Shown piece by piece: positions 55,578-64,000 of a DNA stretch of 64,000 nt (its first letter is position 1; each line of letters begins with the position of its first letter). The notes beneath the pieces are model-generated. The model worked only from the letters and a program-made list of their open reading frames with translations, was not told where the DNA came from and ran no database searches. Made by a program: the position numbers and the translations under genes. Location: NCBI GenBank assembly GCA_965248575.1, contig CBDFJQ010000002.1, forward strand, positions 3,929,375 to 3,993,374, given 5' to 3'. Origin of the DNA: Planctomycetota bacterium (GTDB lineage: Bacteria > Planctomycetota > B15-G4).

Positions 55578-56621
55578 ATGAGCACCAGCCCTTCCCGCAC
55601 TCACCACCTGTTGTGGGTGGCGACCCTGGTCGTCCTGGTGGGGTTCATGCTTCAGGAGCCTGGCTCCGTGGCAAAAGCCGTGAACGCGGAGGGCGCAGGC
55701 GCCAGTGAGGCGGCTACCGCGAGCAGCTCGCCCTCGATCCTCGGCCTGCTCCAGCCTGTTCCCAAGGCGGTGCTCTTGAACCCCAGGCGACGCGAGCTGG
55801 GTCGCAAGCTGTTCCACGACGGCAAGCTGTCCGTCGATGGCAGCATCTCGTGTGCGAGTTGCCATGACCTGGAACGCGGCGGCGCCGATGGTCGCCCCGT
55901 GTCGCTGGGCGTCAACGGTCTCCTGGGGCAGATCAATGCGCCGACCGTCTTCAACTCCGGTTTCAATTTCCGGCAGTTTTGGGACGGGCGTGCGGCCTCG
56001 CTCGAAGACCAGGTCGACGGGCCCATCACTCATCCTTCGGAGATGGGGTCCGATTGGCAGACGATCCTGGCGAACCTCCAGAGTGACGCGGACTACAGCG
56101 ATCTGTTCGAAGCGGCCTACGGCGGAGAGATCAGCCAAGACACGGTCTCCGACGCCATCGCGACCTACGAACGTTCGCTGATCACACCCAACTCCCCCTT
56201 TGATCGATTCCTGCGAGGTGAGACCGACGCACTGGATGCGCAGGGGCTGCACGGTTATGAGCTGTTCCTCGAACTTGGCTGCGTCACGTGCCACCAGGGC
56301 GTGAACATCGGCGGCAACATGTTCCAGGTGTTCGGTCGCATGCAGTCGTTCTTTGCAGACGACGAGCAGATCAGCTACGCCGACAAGGGGCGCTTCAACA
56401 TCACCGGCCGCGAAGAGGATCTGCACAAGTTCAAGGTGCCCACCTTGCGAAACGTGGCACTGACCGCTCCCTATCTGCACGACGGTTCGGTGGAGACACT
56501 GGAGGAGGTCGTGCAGATCATGGCGCGGCACGAGCTGGGGATGGAACTCACCTCGGATGAGGTGGCCGGCCTGGTGAGCTTCCTGCATGCCCTGACTGGT
56601 GAGCAGCCGGAGACGCCATGA
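55578..56621 (+). CDS. di-haem cytochrome c peroxidase (CCP/MauG family)
   Basis: Two haem-binding CxxCH motifs (CASCH, CVTCH) and conserved ...FKVPTLRNVALTAPYLHDGSVETLEEVV; N-terminal signal/TM segment. Confidence 0.85.
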   Translation: MSTSPSRTHHLLWVATLVVLVGFMLQEPGSVAKAVNAEGAGASEAATASSSPSILGLLQPVPKAVLLNPRRRELGRKLFHDGKLSVDGSISCASCHDLERGGADGRPVSLGVNGLLGQINAPTVFNSGFNFRQFWDGRAASLEDQVDGPITHPSEMGSDWQTILANLQSDADYSDLFEAAYGGEISQDTVSDAIATYERSLITPNSPFDRFLRGETDALDAQGLHGYELFLELGCVTCHQGVNIGGNMFQVFGRMQSFFADDEQISYADKGRFNITGREEDLHKFKVPTLRNVALTAPYLHDGSVETLEEVVQIMARHELGMELTSDEVAGLVSFLHALTGEQPETP

Positions 56622-59557
56622 GGGGCAAAGGAGCCCGTCTCGGTTCAGGCCTGGCGATCCTCGCTTTCGCGTGTTCGCTCGCCGTTCTGGTGTGGCCAGA
56701 GCGCTCGACGCTCGGCGGCGTGGATGGCCTGATCCTCGAATTGCGTCAACGGGAAGTCGACCTGAACGAAGAGCTGCTCAAACTGCAGAGCGGCTTGGGG
56801 CGTTCCTACGATTCGATGGCCTACCAGGTCGTTGAGTTGCGCGATGTCCAGATGCGGCTGGGGGACGAGCTCGGGAGCTTGCCGTCCGACATGCGCACTT
56901 CGTTGGAACCCATGGTCAAGCGCTACTCCTCCCTGGTGGAACAGCGCGAGCTCATCGCCGAGGACTACCCGTCGGCTGACTCCTTGCTCCGCAACTCCAC
57001 GCGCTTCCTGCCCCGGGCTCTTTCAGATTGCTTGAGCAAGCTTCCTCCTGGTGAGGGGACACGGGACCTTGCGGAGCTCTGTGATGAGCTGGAGCAGCAG
57101 GTGCTTCGGCATCTCGTCACGGGTGACGAGGACACCTTGAAAGCGGCGCACATCGGGTTCTCTGAGTTGGCGTCGGCCGCGGAGCTGGCTGGGCGAACCC
57201 GCGAAGTGGGCGTGTTGCTGGCCCACTCCAAGACCATCCTGGAAACAAAACCCCATACCGACGAGCTGCTGGTGGCGCTCTTGGATGTTCCAACCCCGGC
57301 CCTGCTCCAGGACATGATGGAGCTTTCACTGGCCCACGGTCGGCAGGAGCTTCACGAGGCATCGAGGCTGCGCCGCCTGCTGGTGGCCCTGGCTGCCGTG
57401 CTGGGCCTGTACATCTTCTGGACCGTCAATCGCTTGCGCCGTACAGCCCATGACCTGGACGAGAGCAACGCGGAGATCAGGGCTCAAAGCGAGTACGTGG
57501 AGAGCCTCGTGGGCTCCATGGCCGACCCGCTGCTGGTGGTGGACTCCGAGGGAAACCTGAAGCGAGCCAATGGCGAAGCCTGCAACCTCCTGGGGTGGCA
57601 GGCGTCCGATCTGGTCGGCCGCTCCTTCCTGAGCTTCGTCTCCGTGAGCGGTGTGCGCTCGGGCGACGACGCCGAGAGGATGTTGGCGCGCGCCCGGAGT
57701 GGCGAGGAAGTGCGCAACGTGAACGCCGTGTTGTTGGCTCGAGACGACGAGCATGTGCCGGTGACCCTGTCCTGCGCGCATGTGTCGTCAGAGGTCCGCA
57801 AGGGCACAGACCTCGTGGTGCTGGCCCGTGATCAGCGGGAGCTGCTGGCCTTGCACGAAAGCGAGATGGAGTTGGCGGCAGCAGAAGCCTCGCAGCGCGC
57901 GTTGGAGCGGCGGCAAGAGGATCTGCGCAACGCCATGGAGGCAGCCGAGAGCGCCAACTTCGCGAAGGGGCGCTTCCTGGCCAACATGAGCCACGAGCTG
58001 CGGACTCCGATGAACGGCATCATCGGCATGTCAGAGATCATGCTGATGGATGAGGCCTCGGAGGAAGTCCGCGACGGCCTCGAGACGATTCATGCTTCCG
58101 CGCTGAGCCTGCTGGGCATCCTCAACGACATTCTCGATTTCTCGAAGATCGAAGCGGGCTCCCTGGAGTTGGAGCGCGCCGAGATCGACGCAGTGGAAAC
58201 CATCAGCCAGGTTGCCGAGTTGCTTGCACCCCAGGCACGCGAGAAGAAGCTGGCCCTGGGTGTGCTCGTGGCGCCCGGCACCCCGCGTCTCGTCAGCGGC
58301 GATCCGTTGCGCTTCCGCCAGGTCGTGATGAACCTGACAGGCAATGCCGTGAAGTTCACTCAGTCGGGCAGCGTCAGCTTGCGCCTCTGCCTCGGTGAGC
58401 AAGGCCGCCTACGGGTGGAGGTGCAGGACACCGGAATCGGTGTGGACGACGCCGTGAGGGAGAGCATCTTCAGTCCGTTCAGCCAGGCGGATGCTTCCAC
58501 CACCCGACGCTTCGGCGGCACGGGCCTCGGCCTGTCCATCTCCGTGCAGCTGGCAGAGATGATGGGCGGGCGCCTTGGGCTCGACAGCGAAGTCGGCAAG
58601 GGCAGCACGTTCTGGTTTGAGGTGCCCGTGCAGGGGCCGGAAGGCGCGCTCGATGATCAGGGTGCGACCGAGTCGAGCGCCGCGCTGGCCCCGAGCGTTC
58701 AGAGGCCGGGCCTGGATGGCATGGGGGTCCTCGTGCTAGGAAGCCGACCGGCTGCCCTGGAGATGTTGCAGGAAGCCCTGGAGTTCGAAGGGGCCGTGGT
58801 GGACATCGCCCAGGATGGTGAGGAGATACCGACCAGTGAGCTGAGCCGCGCCGATCTCGTGCTCGCAGACGGTGAAGAGCATGAGGCGCGGGCGACACGC
58901 TGCGCCGACACCCTGGGCGTGCCCATGGTCGTGCTGGAGAATCAACGCCGCAGCGCTTCGGGGCAGCGCAACGGCGCGCGCCTGCATTGGCCCCTGGTGC
59001 AACCGATCCTGACGGATCTGGTCCACCGGCTCGTCCGCGGCCAAGGCGATGAGGGTCCGACATCCGATCAGAACGAAACGAATTCGAGTCTCTTCCCGAA
59101 GGGCACGTCCGTGGAGACGGGGGTTCAGGGCGGTCGAAAGGACGACTCCCCTGTCCTGCTCAGCCAGTCCACGGGCGGACAGTTCGAAGTGCTGATTGTC
59201 GAGGACAACGTCACGAACCAGCGCGTGGCGCGCCTGCTGCTCGAGAAATGTGGAGTCCAGGCGGTGACGGCGGACAACGGGCAGAGCGCCCTCGACATGT
59301 TGGCAGAACGCGACTTCGATCTCGTGTTCATGGATTGCCAAATGCCGATCCTGGATGGCTACGAGGCCACGCGTCAGTTGCGGGAACGCGAGGGGGAGGC
59401 GCGCCATACGATCGTGGTGGCCATGACCGCCAACGCCATGAAGGGCGACCGTGAGCGTTGCCTTGTCGAAGGCATGGACGATTACGTCACGAAGCCCTTG
59501 AGCCTCGTGGAGCTGCGCAAGGTGATGGGGCGCTGGGCCGGGCCCACTCTGGCCTGA
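56618..59557 (+). CDS. hybrid sensor histidine kinase / response regulator (periplasmic sensor - TM - PAS - HisKA - HATPase - REC)
   Basis: ATG overlaps ccp stop (ATGA). H-box FLANMSHELRTPMNGIIGMSE; N/G-box ...NLTGNAVKFT...DTGIGV...GGTGLGLSIS; receiver domain VLIVEDNVTNQRVA...DLVFMDCQMPILDGYEAT...KP. Confidence 0.85.
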   Translation: MRGKGARLGSGLAILAFACSLAVLVWPERSTLGGVDGLILELRQREVDLNEELLKLQSGLGRSYDSMAYQVVELRDVQMRLGDELGSLPSDMRTSLEPMVKRYSSLVEQRELIAEDYPSADSLLRNSTRFLPRALSDCLSKLPPGEGTRDLAELCDELEQQVLRHLVTGDEDTLKAAHIGFSELASAAELAGRTREVGVLLAHSKTILETKPHTDELLVALLDVPTPALLQDMMELSLAHGRQELHEASRLRRLLVALAAVLGLYIFWTVNRLRRTAHDLDESNAEIRAQSEYVESLVGSMADPLLVVDSEGNLKRANGEACNLLGWQASDLVGRSFLSFVSVSGVRSGDDAERMLARARSGEEVRNVNAVLLARDDEHVPVTLSCAHVSSEVRKGTDLVVLARDQRELLALHESEMELAAAEASQRALERRQEDLRNAMEAAESANFAKGRFLANMSHELRTPMNGIIGMSEIMLMDEASEEVRDGLETIHASALSLLGILNDILDFSKIEAGSLELERAEIDAVETISQVAELLAPQAREKKLALGVLVAPGTPRLVSGDPLRFRQVVMNLTGNAVKFTQSGSVSLRLCLGEQGRLRVEVQDTGIGVDDAVRESIFSPFSQADASTTRRFGGTGLGLSISVQLAEMMGGRLGLDSEVGKGSTFWFEVPVQGPEGALDDQGATESSAALAPSVQRPGLDGMGVLVLGSRPAALEMLQEALEFEGAVVDIAQDGEEIPTSELSRADLVLADGEEHEARATRCADTLGVPMVVLENQRRSASGQRNGARLHWPLVQPILTDLVHRLVRGQGDEGPTSDQNETNSSLFPKGTSVETGVQGGRKDDSPVLLSQSTGGQFEVLIVEDNVTNQRVARLLLEKCGVQAVTADNGQSALDMLAERDFDLVFMDCQMPILDGYEATRQLREREGEARHTIVVAMTANAMKGDRERCLVEGMDDYVTKPLSLVELRKVMGRWAGPTLA

Positions 59558-59580
59558 GTACCGGCTAGGCCATGCGTCGG

Positions 59581-60297
59581 TTAGACCGAGCGCGTGATGC
59601 CGCCGTCCACGCGCAGGTTCTGCCCGGTGATGTAACCCGCGCCCTCGGACGCGAGGAAGCCGATGACGTCGGCGATCTCCTGGGATTTGCCATAGCGTTG
59701 CATTGGGATGCGCTCCCGGAACTCGTCACGCTCCGGCAGGCTGTCGATGAAGCCCGGCAACACGTTGTTCATACGGATGTTCTCGGCGGCGTAGGTGTCC
59801 GAGAACAACTTGGCGTAGCTCGCGAGGCCGGCGCGGAAGACACCCGAGGTGGGGAAGACGGGGTCGGGCTCGAAGGCCGCGAAGGTGGAGATGTTGATGA
59901 TCACTCCGGACTTCTGGCGTTGCATGATGGGCGTCACCAGTCGCGTGGGCCGGGCGACGTTCAGGAAGTAGACCTCCAGGCCTTGGTGCCAGTCCTCATC
60001 AGAGAGCTCCAAGAGCGGGCCTTTCGGGCCGTGCCCCGCGCTGTTCACGAGCACGTCCACGCGACCCCAAGTCGCCATCGCGTCGTCCACCAGGCGCTGC
60101 AGGTCGGCCTGGGATTGATTGGAGCCCGTGACTCCCAGGCCACCCAGCTGCTTGGCCAGGGCCTCACCCTTGCCGGACGAGGAGAGGATGGCGACGTGAA
60201 ACCCGTCCGCTGCGAGCTTGCGGGCCGCAGCCGCTCCCATGCCGCTGCCGCCGGCTGTGACGATGGCGACTCGTTGTTCGCTCACGGTTCCGCTCAT
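59581..60297 (-). CDS. SDR-family short-chain dehydrogenase/reductase
   Basis: Cofactor-binding VAIVTAGGSGMGAAAA (TGxxxGxG-like) and NSAG plus downstream catalytic region. Confidence 0.8.
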   Translation of the reverse strand: MSGTVSEQRVAIVTAGGSGMGAAAARKLAADGFHVAILSSSGKGEALAKQLGGLGVTGSNQSQADLQRLVDDAMATWGRVDVLVNSAGHGPKGPLLELSDEDWHQGLEVYFLNVARPTRLVTPIMQRQKSGVIINISTFAAFEPDPVFPTSGVFRAGLASYAKLFSDTYAAENIRMNNVLPGFIDSLPERDEFRERIPMQRYGKSQEIADVIGFLASEGAGYITGQNLRVDGGITRSV

Positions 60298-60354
60298 GGC
60301 GTCGTTCTCGCTGTGGAGGAGGGCGCGATGGAGCTGCCCTGGATCGCGAGCAGC

Positions 60355-63222
60355 CTACAGCTCGGCCAGGCCGATGCGCGCATCTTCCAGGCCTTGCCTG
60401 ATGAACAGGATGTTCGTGGGATCGGAGTCGAGCAGCAGGTCGGCTTCGCCCAGCTCGTCGAAACGTTGGAGTGCGAACTCGTAGTGCTCGCAGGCAAGTT
60501 CCCACTGAGCGAGCCCTCGGTGTGCGTCCGCGCGGAGCGCAGCGCCCACCATGGTCATGCGCTGTGCCCAACGGTCCGTGGGGTCCTGTTGGAGGACCAG
60601 GTCGAGTTGGTTGCGGAAGTCGAGGGCCCGCGCCATGGCTTCGGCGGGGTCGCCGGCTTGCATGGCCACCATGCCCAGCTTCAGGACCGCGAGCGCACGG
60701 TGAATGCGCGCGATGAGGTCGTCGGGAGCATGGGCCAGGACTGCGTCGGCTTCAACCAACGCACGTTCCAAGAGCTCCGTGGCGACCGCCGGCTCACCGC
60801 GCGTCACCCGGAACTCTCCGGCATCCACGAGAAAGGCCATCAGGTCGCGACGGGCATCGAGGTCTGCGGGATGGCGCAACAGTGCCGATTCCACCCGGTT
60901 GATGGCGTCGGCATTGTGGACGACGGCGGCGTCCCACTCGCCCAGCCGGGCCGACGTGCGCGCCATGTCCTGCTTGACCAGCCAAGCCTCCCGGGCTGCA
61001 CCCAGGTCGAGGGGGTCGGCCAGCATCAGTGATTCGAGGCGCTTCCAAACATCGGCGAACAGCTCAGAGGCTTCACGCTCTCCCCCGGTGGCGCTCAGGA
61101 TCCGCCCATGAAAGCGCTCGGCCATGGCCAGGTCGCGCTCGGCGAGAGGGGTGCCCGGCGCGCTCTTGTGCAAAGTGCGAGCGAGGGTCACGGCGTCCGC
61201 ACCACAACGCTTTGCTTCGTCGAGGTTGCCTGCTCGCTCGTGCAGTTCGCCGGAAGAGACCAGGACCGCGAGCAGGGGGCGGAAGGCGCGAGGGTTCTTG
61301 GGGTCGGCTTGGGCCACGTCGCGCGCGAGCTGCAGCGCCCGGTTCAGTTCGGTCAAGGACTCGCTGCTGCGGCCCAAGACCCCGAGCACCTCGGCCTTCT
61401 CGACGAGAGCTGTGACCAGCAGCGGAGAGTCGGGTTGCTGTGCAACGCCCAGCTCGTGCACCAACTGTTCTGCTTGCTGAAGGCGGTCGAGAGCGCGGTC
61501 TACTCGACCCTGCCGTTGCTCCACCTTGGCAAGACGCTGGAGTGCCTGGACCCGCGCCTCCGTGAGGTCAACGTCTCCGGGCGTCTGGGCCAGTTGCCGT
61601 TCCACGAGCTGGAGATGCTTGGCGTAGCTCGCGGCGGCTCCCTCTGCATCGCCCAGGCTTGCGCGTGAGGCGCGACCCTGGACATCTCCCATGCGCAGGT
61701 AGCCTGCGCTGAGCTCGGCGAGCAGCGCCTGATCGTCGCCGGCCTCCAGGCTCAAGGCGTCCAGGTAGTGCAGGGACGTCTCCACCAGGCGTGCGCGCGC
61801 GCGGGTCGCACCGGGCAGGGCGGCAATCTCGTCGTGCAGGCCGTGTAAGAGTTCGCCGGCCAGCGAACGAATCTGATCGAAGCGGCTGACGGCCCGGAAC
61901 TCGGCGCGTTCGGCGCGGCTGCGGGCCAGGCCTTCGTCGAGGTAGAGCTGCAGGATGACGACCAGGGATGTGCTGAGGACCACCAGCAGGAGTGCGACAC
62001 CACCGACCAAGAGCTTGTTGCGCTGAACGAAGCGCAGAGAGCGATAGCTGGTGGAGTGGGGGCGGGCGAGCACGGGCAGTTGCGCCCTGTATCGGCGGAG
62101 GTCTGCGGCCAAGGCGCCCACCGAGGCGTAGCGGCGTTCCACGTCCACGCGCAGGGCCGTGGCCAAGATGACGTCCAGGTCGCCCCGGAGTGCATGGCCG
62201 AGGCGGGTTGCGTCGGTGTGGCGATGGGCCGCGCGGTCCTTGGGAGGCAGCGTTCCGTCCAGCTCGCGCCGCACCACCTCGCTGGCAGGGGGCGGTTCCT
62301 CGTTCACGGAGGCGGCTCGCTGGACCAGGCTGGTGCCCCGGTCCGCGTGAGGGGCCACACCCGTCAGCAGCTCGTAGAGCACCACGCCCAGGGAGTAGAT
62401 GTCCGACGCGGTGCTGACAGGCTCGTCGCGCAACTGCTCCGGGCTGGCGTATCGAGGAGTGAGAGGACGTGGGCCCTCCAGGGTCCGTTCTCCGGCCTGG
62501 CCTGTCTCCGAGAGCAGGCCCGCGATGCCGAAGTCCAACAGCCGCGGCTCACCGTCTGGAGTGACGAGCACATTGGCCGGCTTGATGTCGCGGTGGACGA
62601 CGAGCTGCCCATGGGCATGTTCCACGGCATCGCAGACCTTCAGGAAGAGGTCGATGCGCTCGTGGATTGCGAGCTCGTGCTCGTCGGCGTGCCGATCGAT
62701 GGGCGTGCCGTGCACGAGCTCCATGGCCAGCCAGGGGTGACCGAGCCCGGCCAGCGTGGAGTCGCCCGCCGAGATCTCCTCGGTCCCGCCGTCCAACAGG
62801 CGGGCGATGTTCGGATGGTTGAGGCGCGCCAGGGCATCGCGCTCCACGCCGAAGCGCTTCCGGTAACCCTCACCGAGCAAGCTGGGGTGCAGCAGCTTGA
62901 CGGCTGCGCTCATGGCGAAGGAACCGTCGGCGCGTTCGGCGCGGTAGACCGTCCCCATGCCCCCGCTGCCGAGTTGTTCGTGCAAGCGCCAGGGCCCGCA
63001 TTGCTGCAGCATGCTCGGGGCGGGGAGTGGGTCCTCCTCAAGCGCGGGTGGGGCCAGGAAATCCGGATCGGAGTGCTCTTCATCGAGCACGGATCGGGCC
63101 AGGGACAAGAGCTCGGCATCCCCCTGACAGGCCTCAGCCAGCTCGTCGTCGCGGCGCGCTGCGGGCGCTGCCAGGACGCGATCCAGTACGGGGCGCACCC
63201 GTGCCCAGACGTCAGCCTTCAT
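60355..63222 (-). CDS. Ser/Thr protein kinase with TM segment and long C-terminal TPR-like domain
   Basis: Hanks kinase motifs: GSGGMGTVYRA, AVKLL, HRDIKPANVL, DFGIA, SPEQ, DIYSLGVVLYELLTG; TM LVGGVALLLVVLSTSLVVIL; start trimmed to ATG 63222. Confidence 0.8.
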   Translation of the reverse strand: MKADVWARVRPVLDRVLAAPAARRDDELAEACQGDAELLSLARSVLDEEHSDPDFLAPPALEEDPLPAPSMLQQCGPWRLHEQLGSGGMGTVYRAERADGSFAMSAAVKLLHPSLLGEGYRKRFGVERDALARLNHPNIARLLDGGTEEISAGDSTLAGLGHPWLAMELVHGTPIDRHADEHELAIHERIDLFLKVCDAVEHAHGQLVVHRDIKPANVLVTPDGEPRLLDFGIAGLLSETGQAGERTLEGPRPLTPRYASPEQLRDEPVSTASDIYSLGVVLYELLTGVAPHADRGTSLVQRAASVNEEPPPASEVVRRELDGTLPPKDRAAHRHTDATRLGHALRGDLDVILATALRVDVERRYASVGALAADLRRYRAQLPVLARPHSTSYRSLRFVQRNKLLVGGVALLLVVLSTSLVVILQLYLDEGLARSRAERAEFRAVSRFDQIRSLAGELLHGLHDEIAALPGATRARARLVETSLHYLDALSLEAGDDQALLAELSAGYLRMGDVQGRASRASLGDAEGAAASYAKHLQLVERQLAQTPGDVDLTEARVQALQRLAKVEQRQGRVDRALDRLQQAEQLVHELGVAQQPDSPLLVTALVEKAEVLGVLGRSSESLTELNRALQLARDVAQADPKNPRAFRPLLAVLVSSGELHERAGNLDEAKRCGADAVTLARTLHKSAPGTPLAERDLAMAERFHGRILSATGGEREASELFADVWKRLESLMLADPLDLGAAREAWLVKQDMARTSARLGEWDAAVVHNADAINRVESALLRHPADLDARRDLMAFLVDAGEFRVTRGEPAVATELLERALVEADAVLAHAPDDLIARIHRALAVLKLGMVAMQAGDPAEAMARALDFRNQLDLVLQQDPTDRWAQRMTMVGAALRADAHRGLAQWELACEHYEFALQRFDELGEADLLLDSDPTNILFIRQGLEDARIGLAEL

Positions 63223-63829
63223 GGCCTCGCTCCGGGTCGGTTGGCTCTCCGCGCGGGTCGTCCGGTTCTGACGCGAGGGCGGTGCGCAACCAGATGCGTG
63301 CGAGGCGCCAACGCCGCTCCGCGGTGGAGAGGGAGCAGCCCGCTGCTTCGCAGGTCTCTTCCATGGAGAGACCGCCGAAGAAGCGCAGCTCGATGATGCG
63401 CACGAGGTCGGGCTCCTCCTGAGCCAGGCGTTGCAGGGCCTCCTCGAGGGCAAGCAGGTCCAGGCCGTTGGCTTCGTAGCTTTCGACGGCCACGTCCAGG
63501 GGGACGCGCTCGCGATCGCCGCCGCGCTTGGTGGCGAGCCGCGAGCGGGCGTGATCCACAAGGACGGAGCGCATGGCCCGGGAGGCGAAGCACAGGAAGT
63601 GCTCGCGCCCGTTCCAGCTGACCCCCTTGCTGATCCGCAACCAGGCTTCGTGCACCAAGGCCGTGGGTTGCAGGGTGTGCGCGGCAGACTGGGCGTTCAT
63701 GTGTTGTCGGGCGATCCGGCGCAACTCGTCGTAGAGGGCCGCCAGCAGCGGAGCCTCGGCGTCCTGCTCCCCACCGGAGACCCGGCGTAGGAGTTCCGTG
63801 GCGTCGGGCGTGTTGGGGGCGGACGACAT
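63212..63829 (-). CDS. ECF-type sigma-70 family factor (kinase-associated type)
   Basis: ...LLAALYDELRRIARQHMNAQSAAHTLQPTALVHEAWLRI... (region 2-like) and ...RIIELRFFGGLSMEETCEAAGCSLSTAERRWRLARIWLR (region 4 HTH); 3' end overlaps the kinase start by 11 nt. Confidence 0.8.
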   Translation of the reverse strand: MSSAPNTPDATELLRRVSGGEQDAEAPLLAALYDELRRIARQHMNAQSAAHTLQPTALVHEAWLRISKGVSWNGREHFLCFASRAMRSVLVDHARSRLATKRGGDRERVPLDVAVESYEANGLDLLALEEALQRLAQEEPDLVRIIELRFFGGLSMEETCEAAGCSLSTAERRWRLARIWLRTALASEPDDPRGEPTDPERGHEG

Positions 63830-64000
63830 GCAGGAATCCTACACCGGCCAGGGGGCTGCCCTCCCGCTGAGCGTCGACAGAGCTTTGTCCGAGGATCCGC
63901 ATACAAGGGAACACGCACTTGGGGGGCTGCGGCCCTCAGTAGAAACGGGGCTGCTTGAAGGGCTGGGGCCGGTCCTTCCGTTTCCCAGGGTGAAGGCCCA

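Noticed and set aside
59572-61032. 486-aa plus-strand ORF
   Set aside because: Antisense to the SDR and Ser/Thr kinase genes, both with canonical motifs.
62056-63396. 446-aa plus-strand ORF
   Set aside because: Antisense to the kinase catalytic domain (HRDIKPANVL, DFGIA read on the minus strand).

Overview
GC-rich bacterial chromosomal segment (by gene content possibly Myxococcota-like, low confidence). Everything below comes from reading the sequence and ORF track by eye; no database search, folding or covariance model was run. The dominant feature is a chromosomal integron at about 23.6-36.2 kb: an integron-type tyrosine recombinase gene (intI) followed, on the same strand, by an attI-like region ending in GTTAGGC at 24891 and about 23 short cassette ORFs separated by about 21 attC-like imperfect palindromes (RYYYAAC ... 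GTTRRRY). Most cassettes encode small unknown membrane proteins; a few encode recognisable folds (VOC, thioredoxin-like, nucleotidyltransferase, HAD-like, GrpB, EthD, GNAT). The second notable feature is a Bcp/PrxQ peroxiredoxin gene (20244-20717, minus) with an in-frame TGA exactly at the peroxidatic cysteine and a hairpin just downstream, i.e. a candidate selenocysteine peroxiredoxin. The flanks carry ordinary genes: glgP-like fragment, two tandem M14 carboxypeptidases, truB, a sulfatase, acyP, YciI plus sigma factor, HDAC, a cytochrome c peroxidase translationally coupled to a hybrid histidine kinase, and an ECF sigma factor plus Ser/Thr kinase pair. Many long antisense ORFs in the track are treated as high-GC shadow ORFs.
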